From an uncultured delta proteobacterium (lineage in GTDB: Bacteria > Desulfobacterota > Binatia > UBA9968), in the NCBI GenBank assembly GCA_963745035.1, contig CAVUVW010000013.1, positions 768,001-832,000 on the forward strand: a stretch of 64,000 bases of DNA, given 5' to 3'. This document shows positions 1 to 9,722 of this stretch, piece by piece. The notes beneath the pieces were generated by a model. The model saw nothing but the letters and a program-made list of their open reading frames with translations. It did no database searches and was not told where the DNA came from. Positions within the stretch are counted from its first letter, which is position 1. Each line of letters opens with the position of its first letter. The position numbers and the translations under genes were made by a program.

Positions 1-275
1 GCATTTTCCAAATAAGCCGAACGATCCAGCACTCGAAACCAGCCCGACAGCTCCAGGTCGTGGACCATCGCGTCGGCGATGCCCGTCGACAAACGGGCGG
101 AGTCGCCGGTCGCCGCGCCCAAATTTTTCAGCGGTGAGACTGCGACGGGAAAGCGCTGGCCGCCCGCGCCGACAATTTCTCCGGTAACTGCCGCGCACGC
201 CTTACCCGCAATTGTGGCTTGCAGCGCCCAAGACAGAAGCAGGGCGGTAAAAATCATTGTGAAAGGTCTTCTCAT
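1..275 (-). CDS. tolB: Tol-Pal beta-propeller protein TolB, N-terminal part (runs off window start)
   Basis: Manual translation from ATG 275: MRRPFTMIFTALLLSWALQATIAGKACAAVTGEIVGAGGQRFPVAVSP...IADAMVHDLELSGWFRVLD (signal peptide plus TolB_N-like motif); directly downstream of tolA. Confidence 0.8.
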   Translation of the reverse strand, partial: MRRPFTMIFTALLLSWALQATIAGKACAAVTGEIVGAGGQRFPVAVSPLKNLGAATGDSARLSTGIADAMVHDLELSGWFRVLDRSAYLEN

Positions 276-277
276 TG

Positions 278-1261
278 CTAGGCTCCCAGATCCTGCGGTC
301 GGAACGTTACTTGCACATCGGCGAAGTCCTTCCGATACGCCTCCGGCGGTGCGGGCAGCGGGCTCGATTTCTTCACCGCTCGCAGCACGGATTCGTCATA
401 GGACGGATCTCCTGACGGCTGCACGATTTTCAGTCCAACGATCTCGCCGGTTTCGCGAACGCCGAAGTGAACCACAACTCTCAAATTGCCTCGTTGTCCG
501 CCCACCCAAGACCAATTCTCTTTGATCGTCGCAAACATGCGATTCTGATAGATCATAAAATCTATCCCTCTTACGACGCCAGGCCCACCCCGCCCGCCAA
601 CACCGAGCCCGGCAGCACCCTCCCCTTCTCCGGAACCGGCACTCAGAGTCTCTCCTTTCGCGGAACTCTGCGCCGCTTCGCTGCGCGTCTTGGCGCGCTC
701 GACCGCGCCCTGGATCAATCGCTCGCGAACGCTGTCGGCGGAGGCGGTCTCCGTCTTGGAATCACCCTTGACAGCTTCTCTTCGAATCTCTTTGGTAGGT
801 TCGCTCTTCGCCGGCTCGGGCTTGGTCTTGGTCGGCTCGAGCTTGGACTTTGCCTCGATCACCGGCTTCTCTTCAGGCGGCGGCTTTTTCTCGGCCGTTT
901 TTGTTTTGACTTTTTCTTCCTTGGGCGGCGGCTCTTCCTTTTTAACTTCTTTAACTTCTTTCTTAATCTCGGGAGTGGGAGGGGCTTCTCGGTTCTTCGC
1001 CGGCTGCTTCGGCGGCGCGGTCAGCTCCGTGCCGAAGTTAGCGCCGCCGATTCTCTCGCCGCCAACGAGATCGACCACTGTTACGGTCGGCATCGGACGC
1101 GTCCTCGAAGGCAGCATAGGCGACAGAAACATCGCCGCGATCAGGATCAAATGCAAAAAAAGCGAAACAACGAACCATTTGGGCAGGCGTTCTTCGGAGC
1201 CGACCGCGTGCAACGACCGCTCGCGTAAACTGATCGTCGGCCCCGGACGTTCTTCGCTCAC
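278..1261 (-). CDS. tolA: TolA/TonB-family protein
   Basis: N-terminal TM helix (SLFLH), Lys/Glu/Pro-rich linker, TonB_C-like C-terminus (SGDPSYDESVLRAVKKSSPLPAPP); lies between tolR and tolB. Confidence 0.85.
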   Translation of the reverse strand: MSEERPGPTISLRERSLHAVGSEERLPKWFVVSLFLHLILIAAMFLSPMLPSRTRPMPTVTVVDLVGGERIGGANFGTELTAPPKQPAKNREAPPTPEIKKEVKEVKKEEPPPKEEKVKTKTAEKKPPPEEKPVIEAKSKLEPTKTKPEPAKSEPTKEIRREAVKGDSKTETASADSVRERLIQGAVERAKTRSEAAQSSAKGETLSAGSGEGEGAAGLGVGGRGGPGVVRGIDFMIYQNRMFATIKENWSWVGGQRGNLRVVVHFGVRETGEIVGLKIVQPSGDPSYDESVLRAVKKSSPLPAPPEAYRKDFADVQVTFRPQDLGA

Positions 1262-1686
1262 CCGCCCTGCCCTCCCGACGGCGGCTGCGTGACCATGCCC
1301 AGGCGTTCGATGCCCGCCTGCTTGATTTCCGCAATCGTCTGCATGACCACGCCGTAGCGCACATCCTGATCCGCGCGCAGATACACTTGTTTGTTCGAGT
1401 CAAGCTTTTTGACTGCCCGGAGCTTCGCGCCCAGCTCGCCCGGCGTCATAGCGTTGTCGTTGAGATAGACCCTGCCGTTCTTTGCCACTGTGACGACCAA
1501 ATGCTCTTCCGTGCCGGGAATCGCGCTCGACCGAGCCTGCGGCAGATTCACCTGAACACCTTGCTGGATGATCGGTGCGGTGACCATGAAGATAACCAAC
1601 AACACCAACATCACGTCGACGAGCGGAGTGACATTGATTTGCGAAATGGTGGCGCTGTCCCGTTGCGCCGACGTGTCCATCGCCAT
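1258..1686 (-). CDS. tolR: TolR/ExbD
   Basis: INVTPLVDVMLVLLVIFMVTAP signature. Confidence 0.93.
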   Translation of the reverse strand: MAMDTSAQRDSATISQINVTPLVDVMLVLLVIFMVTAPIIQQGVQVNLPQARSSAIPGTEEHLVVTVAKNGRVYLNDNAMTPGELGAKLRAVKKLDSNKQVYLRADQDVRYGVVMQTIAEIKQAGIERLGMVTQPPSGGQGG

Positions 1687-1836
1687 GGGCTCCCCTTTTC
1701 CCGAACTCAGTCTCTAAACGCTGCTCACCGCCATGCTCGAGCCGCATCGGCGCGTCTTTGGCCGCTTACGCTCGGACAGCGATTGTCTTCGACCTCGCCA
1801 TTGATCAGGCCGCTATGATTATACTCGGTTATTCCG

Positions 1837-2577
1837 TTACTTGAAGAAGTGGCGCTCGGCGATGTTCAGGAACTCCTGAGAAAAATTGTCCATCTCAACA
1901 GCGAGCACTTTGATCTGCTGGACAAAATGATTGTACGCCATCAACGCGGGGATCGCGGCCGCCAAGCCGACGGCGGTGGCGATCAACGCCTCGGCTATGC
2001 CCGGAGCCACGGCTTGGATACTCGAAGAATGGGTAACGCTCAGGCCGCGAAAGGCGTTCATAATGCCCCAGACCGTGCCGAACAAGCCGACAAAGGGCGA
2101 CGAGCTTGCCGTGGTCGCGAGAAAAGAGCAACTTTTTTCCAGCTTGGTGGTTTCCACGCTGGTTGCCCGCTTCATAGCGCGCGCAACGTTCTCGACCCCG
2201 CCCAGCTCCGTGCTGAAAACGTCCCCGGGAGCGGCTTCTTTCTTGGAGCGAGAGACCCGCAATAATTCTTCGTATCCTGCGCGAAAAACTTGCGCTACCG
2301 AACTGGCCGTGAGCTCGCGGCTGGCGTCGTGAATCGACGAGAGATTGCGACGCTCCCAAAAGATCTCAATGAATCTGTCCGATTCCCGCTTCGCGCGGCG
2401 GATTTGCCGGTACTTTTGCGCGATAATGCCCCAACTCATCACCGAGAACAAAACCAGCAAGTAGAGGATGCCCTGTACCACCAGCCCGGAGCCCCGAACC
2501 AGCTCCAAAATGCTGTGCTGTTGCCCGAACGATACCGACTCTTGCGCGAGCAGTTGGAATGACCAAAGAGAGAACAT
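1837..2577 (-). CDS. tolQ: TolQ (MotA/TolQ/ExbB)
   Basis: PFVGLFGTVWGIM and VAPGIAEALIATAVGL motifs. Confidence 0.93.
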   Translation of the reverse strand: MFSLWSFQLLAQESVSFGQQHSILELVRGSGLVVQGILYLLVLFSVMSWGIIAQKYRQIRRAKRESDRFIEIFWERRNLSSIHDASRELTASSVAQVFRAGYEELLRVSRSKKEAAPGDVFSTELGGVENVARAMKRATSVETTKLEKSCSFLATTASSSPFVGLFGTVWGIMNAFRGLSVTHSSSIQAVAPGIAEALIATAVGLAAAIPALMAYNHFVQQIKVLAVEMDNFSQEFLNIAERHFFK

Positions 2578-2675
2578 GAGAGATAGGTGTGGAGTTATTT
2601 GAAAAAGTAGTACAAGCCTTGTAATTAGTCAATTGAGAACGAGAATTCCGGCGATAAAAAATCGGAGACAAGCTC

Positions 2676-3857
2676 ATGATACGAAAGCTCGCCGACCTGG
2701 AATTGCGCGCCAAGACGGTTTTTGTCCGTGTCGACTTCAACGTACCCATCGACGATCAAGGCAAGATCACCGAGCCCCATCGCATCGACAGCGCTCTGCC
2801 GACGATCCGATATATTTTAGAGCGCGCCAAAAAAATTGTCGTGGCATCTCATCTGGGCCGCCCCGACGGTAAGGTCGCGCCGAAATATAGCCTGTCCCCC
2901 GTCCGCGACTACTTGGCCGGCGCGTTGAAACGGCCCGTCGTTCTGACCGCCGACTGTGTTGGCGCCGACGTCGCGCACGCGGTGAGCGATGAAAAACAGC
3001 CGATCGTTTTACTGGAGAACCTTCGCTTTCATAAGGAAGAAGAGAAGAACGATCCGGCTTTCTCCAAATCCCTGGCCTCTTTGGCCGACGTCTATGTGAA
3101 CGACGCTTTCGGCGCCGCGCACCGCGCCCATGCCTCGATCGCCGGCATGGCCGCATTCTTCACGGAAAAAGCCGCGGGGCTGCTCTTGCAAAAGGAATTG
3201 GATTATCTTGCGCCGATCCTCGCCACGCCGGAGAAGCCGTTCGTGACGATCTTGGGCGGGGCGAAGGTATCCGACAAGATTGGCGTGATTAGAAACCTGC
3301 TGGCGAAGGTCGATGCGCTGCTCATCGGCGGTGGCATGGCTTACACGTTTTTGCAGGCGCAAGGTGTTGCAATCGGCAAATCCTTGGTCGAAGAGGACAA
3401 GGTCGAGCTGGCGCGCGAGATTCTTCGAGAAGCAGCTGCGCGGGGCGTGCGTCTGCGGCTGCCGGTCGATCACGTCGCCGGGGACGCGGACAAAAAAGAT
3501 CCGCAGAGATTTGACGGCGCGATTCCGCCGGGGCGCATGGGCTTGGACATCGGCCCGAAAACCGTCGACGCGTTTATCGACGAGATCGCCAAAGCGAAGC
3601 TGGTTCTGTGGAATGGTCCGGTTGGACTTTTCGAGATACCGCCGTACGATCGTGGCAGCCGGGCCCTGGCCGAAGCTCTCGCCGCCGGCCATCCGCAGGT
3701 AACGAGTATTATCGCGGGAGGCGACACGGTCGCCGCGGTGACCGCCTCCGGCGTCGAGGCCAAGATCAGTCATTTGTCTACCGGCGGCGGCGCCACACTG
3801 GAATTTCTCGAAGGGAAAGAATTGCCGGGAATCAAGGCCTTAGAGATAGCGCCATGA
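2676..3857 (+). CDS. pgk: Phosphoglycerate kinase
   Basis: RVDFNVP, SHLGRP, LLENLRF, NDAFGAAHRAHAS and STGGGA motifs. Confidence 0.98.
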   Translation: MIRKLADLELRAKTVFVRVDFNVPIDDQGKITEPHRIDSALPTIRYILERAKKIVVASHLGRPDGKVAPKYSLSPVRDYLAGALKRPVVLTADCVGADVAHAVSDEKQPIVLLENLRFHKEEEKNDPAFSKSLASLADVYVNDAFGAAHRAHASIAGMAAFFTEKAAGLLLQKELDYLAPILATPEKPFVTILGGAKVSDKIGVIRNLLAKVDALLIGGGMAYTFLQAQGVAIGKSLVEEDKVELAREILREAAARGVRLRLPVDHVAGDADKKDPQRFDGAIPPGRMGLDIGPKTVDAFIDEIAKAKLVLWNGPVGLFEIPPYDRGSRALAEALAAGHPQVTSIIAGGDTVAAVTASGVEAKISHLSTGGGATLEFLEGKELPGIKALEIAP

Positions 3858-4609
3858 CGCCGCTGGTGGTGGGAAATTGGAAAATGCATTGCGGCCCGGC
3901 TGCATGCACGGAGCTCGCTCGCGCCATCGTCGGCGGCCGGCGAAAAGAGCGGATATCGGCTGAGGTTGCTCTCGCGCCTCCTTTTACCGGCTTGGCGCCC
4001 GTCAAGAAGACCATCGGAAAAAATCCGGTGAAGTTGGCCGCGCAAAACTGCTATTGGCAGGACAGCGGCGCTTTTACCGGCGAGATCAGCCCGGCGATGC
4101 TGGCGGAGATTGGTTGTGACTTCGTCATCATCGGCCACTCGGAACGGCGCCATTTATTTGGCGAAGTCGACGAAGCAGTGGCACAAAAGCTACCGGCGGT
4201 TATCCGCCACGGCATGCGGCCGATTCTGTGCGTCGGCGAGACTCTGGAAGAACGGCAAAGCGATCGCACGCGGGCGGTGATCGCGCGTCAGCTCGACTCC
4301 GCGTTGAAGGGCCTTGCTGAAGGTGATATAGAAAATGTCGAAATTGCCTATGAGCCGGTGTGGGCGATCGGCACGGGACTAAACGCCAGCGCCGAACAGA
4401 TTCGCGACGCGCACGGCCAGATCCGCGAAGGCTTGGTTGCGCTCGCCGGCGCTGCGAAAAGCGAGCAAGTCAGAATTCTGTACGGTGGCAGCGTGAAGCC
4501 GGACAACGCCGATATGATTGCCGGCATCGATGCAGTCAACGGCCTGCTCGTCGGCGGCGCAAGCTTAGTGGCGGAATCGTTTTTGAAAATCGCGCAATCC
4601 TTTCGCTGA
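3854..4609 (+). CDS. tpiA: Triosephosphate isomerase
   Basis: ATG 3854 overlaps the pgk stop; GNWKM, GHSERR, AYEPVWAIGTG, YGGSV and LVGGASL motifs. Confidence 0.98.
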   Translation: MTPLVVGNWKMHCGPAACTELARAIVGGRRKERISAEVALAPPFTGLAPVKKTIGKNPVKLAAQNCYWQDSGAFTGEISPAMLAEIGCDFVIIGHSERRHLFGEVDEAVAQKLPAVIRHGMRPILCVGETLEERQSDRTRAVIARQLDSALKGLAEGDIENVEIAYEPVWAIGTGLNASAEQIRDAHGQIREGLVALAGAAKSEQVRILYGGSVKPDNADMIAGIDAVNGLLVGGASLVAESFLKIAQSFR

Positions 4610-4618
4610 GTAAACTTT

Positions 4619-4996
4619 ATGATTACGGCAATCATCATTCTGCACGTGATCGTCAGTATCGGCCTGATCCTTGTCGTGCTGCTGCAAACCGGCAAGGGCG
4701 CGGAAGTGGGCGCCGTATTCGGGGGTTCCAGCGCGACGATTTTCGGCAGTAGCGGCGCGGGCAATTTCTTGACCCGTCTCACTACGGGCATGGCAATCGT
4801 CTTCATGGCGACCTCTTTGACGTTGGGTTATTTCACGGCCAAAAGACCGGCGGCGACCATTTTTGACAATCGCACACCGGCAGCGGAGCCCCGCGTGCCG
4901 CTGCAAGCTCCCGCGGCGCCGCAGTCTCAGAACGCACCGGCCGGCGGCGAGGCGGCAGCGCCGGAAAAAAATCCATCCGAAAAGCCAGCTCCATAA
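4619..4996 (+). CDS. secG: Preprotein translocase subunit SecG
   Basis: Two TM helices, LLQTGKGAEVGAVFGG motif; conserved tpiA-secG-tRNA-Leu synteny. Confidence 0.95.
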   Translation: MITAIIILHVIVSIGLILVVLLQTGKGAEVGAVFGGSSATIFGSSGAGNFLTRLTTGMAIVFMATSLTLGYFTAKRPAATIFDNRTPAAEPRVPLQAPAAPQSQNAPAGGEAAAPEKNPSEKPAP

Positions 4997-5006
4997 CGAC
5001 TTTCCT

Positions 5007-5093
5007 GCGAGGGTGGCGGAATCGGCAGACGCGCTAGTTTGAGGGGCTAGTGCCGGAAACGGCGTGCGGGTTCAAATCCCGCTCCTCGCACCA
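5007..5093 (+). tRNA. tRNA-Leu (GAG)
   Basis: GCGAGGG acceptor stem, D arm GGCGGAATCGGCAGACGCG, anticodon arm CTAGT-TT-GAG-GG-GCTAG, long variable arm, GGTTCAAATCC T loop, encoded CCA. Confidence 0.95.
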
Positions 5094-5399
5094 TTTTCTT
5101 TCAAGTACTTAGAAATTGGATTTTAGCCTCGAATCACCCATAGCTGCTCGGGAACCCGCACACCGGAAACGGCTTCTTGCCATCGCCATTCACGGCCGCA
5201 TATATTCGCATATACCGCCGTACCGGATAGAATCCACGAGGTTGTTCCGTTATGTACCTCACACGGACATCTCACCACGCGCCATTTTTGTCACTACAAA
5301 TTCGAAGCTGTCGATTTTTGACCAGAAAAAATGAGTGTGCATTTTGGGTCACTCCCGCGAAGCTTTTGTATATGGCCCACTTAGCCTAACCTCCTGAAA

Positions 5400-5415
5400 T
5401 GGCATAAGGATTGCT
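5400..5415 (+). promoter_or_regulatory. sigma54 (-24/-12) promoter
   Basis: TGGCATAAGGATTGCT (GG-N10-GC) 31 nt upstream of ATG 5447. Confidence 0.6.
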
Positions 5416-5446
5416 CATTTTGGCCATTTTTAGGAGCACCCAAGCT

Positions 5447-5650
5447 ATGAAAAAACCCGACACCTCAATCAGGCTTTTGACCCTGGCTGAAGCAGCGACC
5501 ATATTGAAAATTTCAAAGAGAACGCTTCATCGCATGATTCAGAACCGGCAGATCCCGGCATTCAAAGTCGGTGGGCAGTGGCGCATTCTGGAAAGTCGGT
5601 TCCAAGAATGGGTGCAAGAAGAAGAAAATACTACTCCGAAAGCCAGTTAA
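5447..5650 (+). CDS. Excisionase-like helix-turn-helix DNA-binding protein (HTH_17 type)
   Basis: LLTLAEAATILKISKRTLHRMIQNRQIPAFKVGGQWRI; AGGAG RBS upstream. Confidence 0.85.
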   Translation: MKKPDTSIRLLTLAEAATILKISKRTLHRMIQNRQIPAFKVGGQWRILESRFQEWVQEEENTTPKAS

Positions 5651-5731
5651 ACGATCCGGGCGCATTTCCTTTCATCGAAAGCTGACGCAAACCTTTCTCG
5701 CCAAAGCCGCTCATATTAAAGAGAAATTCCG

Positions 5732-5905
5732 CTAAGCCGACCGATCCACCGTAGGTAATTCGACGCGTAGCGCCGTGTCCTTTCCACGGACACATTCCCT
5801 CCCGGAATTTCGGTGATCGCCTTGACTATGTGAAGTTCCATTCCGATACCGCTTCGGTTCGCGTTCTGGTCGCGTCCACCGCCAGAATCGATGTATTCGA
5901 TCCCA
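5732..5905 (-). pseudogene. Degenerate histidine-kinase HATPase C-terminal remnant
   Basis: Fragments in different frames: RFWR/VDATRTR, SGIGMELHIVKAITEIPGGNVSVE, GKDTALRVELP (G2 box and terminal strands). Confidence 0.5.
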
Positions 5906-5946
5906 ACATTGCCGGTCTACCTCATCTCGAAAAAATCTTCCGGCAA

Positions 5947-7428
5947 TCACCGTCCGGTCTTTGAGCCCAGCTTGGCGTATCCGTAGGCTTCCCAATTTTT
6001 CAGCACTCGATCCTGCACGTCCGCCGGCCACAGATTCTCGAAGCTCGCTTTTACCGGGATGCTTTCCTGGGGCCAGTCTTTCGGCCACGTGCAGTCGAAG
6101 ATCACCCCGGCGGCATCGCCGATCAATCGCTCTTTCGGCGGCAGGAACGGCAGGAGCACGGGGAAGCCGGGGATATGCGGCACGGGATGAATGTCGTTGA
6201 CCGGGTGACATTTGGTCGTGATCGCGTGCAGGACTTGGTCCATATTCGTCGGATCGACATCCGCCTCCACGATGACGATGAAATAAGTAAACAAGCCGGG
6301 CTTGGTCGCCCAGACGGCGTGCGCAACGCGGCGGGCGAAATTCACAAACGGCACCTCGGTCGACACCACGCACATATGGCCGACGCCAAAGGGGGGGCAA
6401 AACACGCCTTTAATCGGCAGTCCAAGCTTTTTAAGTTCGGAATAGATTTCCGCGCCTTTGATCAGCGCCGTGGCCGTTTGGCCCTCGTGCACCGGCATAC
6501 CCATATTGGAAAACGGCAAGATGGGATTGTTGCGATAGGTGATCGCCTTGATTTTCAGAATGGGCTTGGGCGATGATTTGCCGGCCTCATAGCCCATATA
6601 TTCCCCGAAGGGTCCCTCGATCATCCGTTCGTGCGGCAACACTTCGCCTTCGATGACGATCTCCGCCGACGCCGGAACTTCCAAATCTACCGTCTCGCAT
6701 TTCACCAGCGGAATCGGCGCCCCCTGCAGCGCCCCGGCGACCTCCACTTCGTTAACGTAGGGAGGAAGCATGACGCAACTCACCAGCGGAATCACCGGCT
6801 GCCCGCCGATGGCCACCGCCACAGGCATCGGTTTATTCATCGACTCATATTTTTGATACATTTGGCCGATGTGCTGCTGCATCGGAAACAGACAACCGAG
6901 CGTATTGCGATCGTGGACCATTAGACGGTACATGCCCCAATTGACCCACGAGCTGTCCGGATCTTTGGTGATAACCGTGTGCCAGGTTCCGATGTAACGT
7001 CCCCCATCGCCGCCGTGAATCAGCGGAATAGGAAACTTCAACACGTCGACGGCGTCGCCGCTGTCAATATTTTCTTTGCACGGTCCGGTTTTCACCACGA
7101 CCGGAGAGATCAATTTCTCCTTCCGTGTCAAATACGCGGCCATGATTTCCTGGGCCGACGATCCGGGCGCCATGTGCATGGCCAGGGCGGTGCGCGCAAA
7201 TAGCCCATGACCGGGATGTTTGCTGGTTCCCAGAGGCGCGCCGAGCGCGCGAAACCCTTTGGGATACCCTTTTACGTTCTCGAACAGCGCGGCCGCTGCG
7301 CCAAGATCGTAAACCCGACGAGTGATCGCGCCCATTTCCAGATTCCAGTCCACCTCAAGACCAATGCGCTGCACTTCCCCATATTCTTCGAGGATATCGA
7401 GATAGTCTCTGAGATCATCGATTTGCAT
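5947..7428 (-). CDS. UbiD-family (prFMN-dependent) decarboxylase
   Basis: DGGRYIGT, NWGMYR, EGPFGEY motifs; ATG 7428 follows AGGAG. Confidence 0.93.
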   Translation of the reverse strand: MQIDDLRDYLDILEEYGEVQRIGLEVDWNLEMGAITRRVYDLGAAAALFENVKGYPKGFRALGAPLGTSKHPGHGLFARTALAMHMAPGSSAQEIMAAYLTRKEKLISPVVVKTGPCKENIDSGDAVDVLKFPIPLIHGGDGGRYIGTWHTVITKDPDSSWVNWGMYRLMVHDRNTLGCLFPMQQHIGQMYQKYESMNKPMPVAVAIGGQPVIPLVSCVMLPPYVNEVEVAGALQGAPIPLVKCETVDLEVPASAEIVIEGEVLPHERMIEGPFGEYMGYEAGKSSPKPILKIKAITYRNNPILPFSNMGMPVHEGQTATALIKGAEIYSELKKLGLPIKGVFCPPFGVGHMCVVSTEVPFVNFARRVAHAVWATKPGLFTYFIVIVEADVDPTNMDQVLHAITTKCHPVNDIHPVPHIPGFPVLLPFLPPKERLIGDAAGVIFDCTWPKDWPQESIPVKASFENLWPADVQDRVLKNWEAYGYAKLGSKTGR

Positions 7429-7645
7429 TTCAAAACTCCTTGGGAAATCCGCACTGCTGCCCACGCTCGCGAAAAAGGTCGAGCGAATAGTTTAAACGTT
7501 AACTAATTTATATCAGAGCCAAGTACTTGAAGGCAAAACAATTTCAAACGTCTACGGTAACCAATTCGGCTGCAAAAAATGTAGACAAACTTTACATTGT
7601 GCTTTATAGTCCAAAGTCCTCAAGAGCGTCATCAAAGGGGGACTT

Positions 7646-8056
7646 ATGGCAGAAATCAACAGACCCAACGGCCTATCGCCGGATGTCGGCGCTTACCTGG
7701 GCCCCGGCACGAAAATCAACGGCAAACTCCATTTCGATGGCCAAGCCACCATCGACGGCGATGTGGAGGGTGAAATCGTCGCACAGGCTCACGTGACGAT
7801 TGGTCAGCAGGCGACGATCAAGGGAAAAATATCCGCCGCTTCGATTCTGGTCCAGGGCAAGGTCATGGCGGATGTCCAGGCTGAGAAAAAGCTTGAAGTG
7901 CAGCCGCCCGGTTCGGTCATCGGCGACGTCACCACGCAGAGCTTGGTGATCGGCGACGGCGCCGTTCTCGAGGGGCATGTCTCCATGAAGAAAAATGAAG
8001 GGCGCGTTCTTCCACTCCGTCAGGAAGCCAAGAAAGAAGGCGTGTCCTCGAGCTGA
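7646..8056 (+). CDS. Bactofilin / polymer-forming cytoskeletal protein
   Basis: Beta-helix G-x-hydrophobic repeats, IGDGAVLEGHVSM ending. Confidence 0.9.
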   Translation: MAEINRPNGLSPDVGAYLGPGTKINGKLHFDGQATIDGDVEGEIVAQAHVTIGQQATIKGKISAASILVQGKVMADVQAEKKLEVQPPGSVIGDVTTQSLVIGDGAVLEGHVSMKKNEGRVLPLRQEAKKEGVSSS

Positions 8057-8133
8057 TCCCTCTACGATTTGACTTCCCGTGCCATAATCGGCTAGCTCGG
8101 GACGAGTTACCGCAAAAAATTGAGCGCAAGATT

Positions 8134-8163
8134 GGGCTTGTCGTAGGACAAGCCCTTTTTTTT
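8134..8163 (+). terminator. Rho-independent terminator
   Basis: GGGCTTGTC-GTAG-GACAAGCCC perfect 9-bp stem followed by T8. Confidence 0.85.
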
Positions 8164-8653
8164 ACCTCATGGATGGTTCGGAGAGAAATATGCCTCCGAA
8201 CCTCGATCCGATCAAACGCCTGTCCATGATGGCGATTCCCGCGCCGCTGTGTTCGGATCGAGGCCGGAATGCGTGCGGCGGTCGATAAAATCGCCGCGGC
8301 ATGTGCGCCGGCGGCGTCGATCACTTCAGTTGTGCGCCGCGCGTCCACACCACGTAGCAGATTCGCCCTGCCCGAGAACCGCGATTTCCATGCCGTCGAG
8401 AATTTCGCCCGAGTAAGACGTGGACGAGTCTGCCCCGGCGACGATTAGATCCGCTTTAATCTCGCCCAGCGCGTCGCGAATCAATCGCTCCGCCTGCCGT
8501 TGTGAGGGCCGTGCGTGCTTCCAACGGGAGCGAAAATCCTGCCCAAGTTGTCCCAATGGAGAATGCCACGGTGGCCATCGAGGACGACGCAAACTGGCAT
8601 CTCGCCCGCGCGCCGTATATATTGTCACGCAATCACGCGGCTGTCGTCTTTCG

Positions 8654-9157
8654 ATGAAGGTAAACCCCGACGCGACTCTGATTCTGGTAGTTATCTCCGT
8701 ATGCATCGCCGTCGATCAAGCTACCAAAGGGCTTGCTAGGAAATACCTGGCGCCGGATGGATTCGTTTCATTCGCCGGCGACACCTTTCGTCTGCAGTAT
8801 GCCGAGAACACCGGCGCGTTTCTTAGTCTCGGCTCGTCGCTACCGGAGCCGTGGCGCCATATTGTGTTCACTGTGTTGGTCGGGATCTTCTTGCTGGCGC
8901 TGCTCGCTTTCGTTTTCTTCCATCGCAGCGCGCCCAGAGAATTGACCCTATTTCTCGCGCTCCTCTGCGCCGGCGGACTCAGCAATCTGATCGATCGTAT
9001 CGCCTACAGCGGCCGGGTTGTCGACTTTCTTAACGTCGGCGTAGGCCCGCTCCGCACGGGTATCTTCAATATCGCCGATATGGCGATCACGGGCGGGGCG
9101 ATTTTTCTGTTGATCGATAATTTCCGGCGAAAGCCGGACAGCCAACCGAGCGCTTGA
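8654..9157 (+). CDS. lspA: Lipoprotein signal peptidase II
   Basis: [25 protein letters not shown] and FNIAD motifs. Confidence 0.9.
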   Translation: MKVNPDATLILVVISVCIAVDQATKGLARKYLAPDGFVSFAGDTFRLQYAENTGAFLSLGSSLPEPWRHIVFTVLVGIFLLALLAFVFFHRSAPRELTLFLALLCAGGLSNLIDRIAYSGRVVDFLNVGVGPLRTGIFNIADMAITGGAIFLLIDNFRRKPDSQPSA

Positions 9158-9236
9158 CGTATCGTCACACACCCCGATTGCCGCCGGCGAACGCGCTTTT
9201 TCAGCAAAGCGAGATGATTATAACTGGAGTTCAACC

Positions 9237-9554
9237 ATGGCATGGATTTACTTGCTCATTGCCGGAGTGTTGGAAATTTTTTGGGCCATCAGTTTGAAAT
9301 ACACCGACGGCTTTTCCAAACTCTGGCCCAGCGTATCGACCGTTGCCGGCATGATCGCGAGCTTTTACTTTCTCGCCCAGGCGCTGAAGACGATACCGGT
9401 CGGCACCGGTTACGCGATTTGGACCGGGATCGGCGCGGCGGGCACGGCGGTTTTCGGCATGATTTTATTTGCCGAGCCGGCGTCTGCGCTTCGCCTGCTC
9501 TGCATCGCGCTGATTGTCGCAGGTATTCTCGGACTTAAGTTGGCGGCAGGCTGA
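9237..9554 (+). CDS. sugE: SMR-family exporter (SugE/Gdx type)
   Basis: [37 protein letters not shown]; 105 aa with four TM helices. Confidence 0.88.
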   Translation: MAWIYLLIAGVLEIFWAISLKYTDGFSKLWPSVSTVAGMIASFYFLAQALKTIPVGTGYAIWTGIGAAGTAVFGMILFAEPASALRLLCIALIVAGILGLKLAAG

Positions 9555-9722
9555 TCTCATGCATTGCAGACCGCCGCAAAAAACTGTTTCGATTCTTGGA
9601 TCGCTTGCCCGTATGTCTGGACCGGTCTATGATCGTCGATCGCCTCGCAACGCCTTCGCGCTTGCTGAAGGATTGGCAATCCACTTTTCGGTTCTTTATC
9701 TTGAAGGAAAGGGACTTCAATC

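Noticed and set aside
5007-5650. Prophage or integrative element at tRNA-Leu
   Set aside because: No integrase, phage genes or duplicated tRNA 3' end was found in the window.
8170-8650. ORFs 8326..8706(-) and 7929..8348(-)
   Set aside because: No clear start, RBS or recognisable motif. A degenerate small gene cannot be excluded.
9158-9236. Guanidine riboswitch upstream of sugE/gdx
   Set aside because: No paired ACGR hairpins or other guanidine-riboswitch motif is visible in the 79-nt gap.
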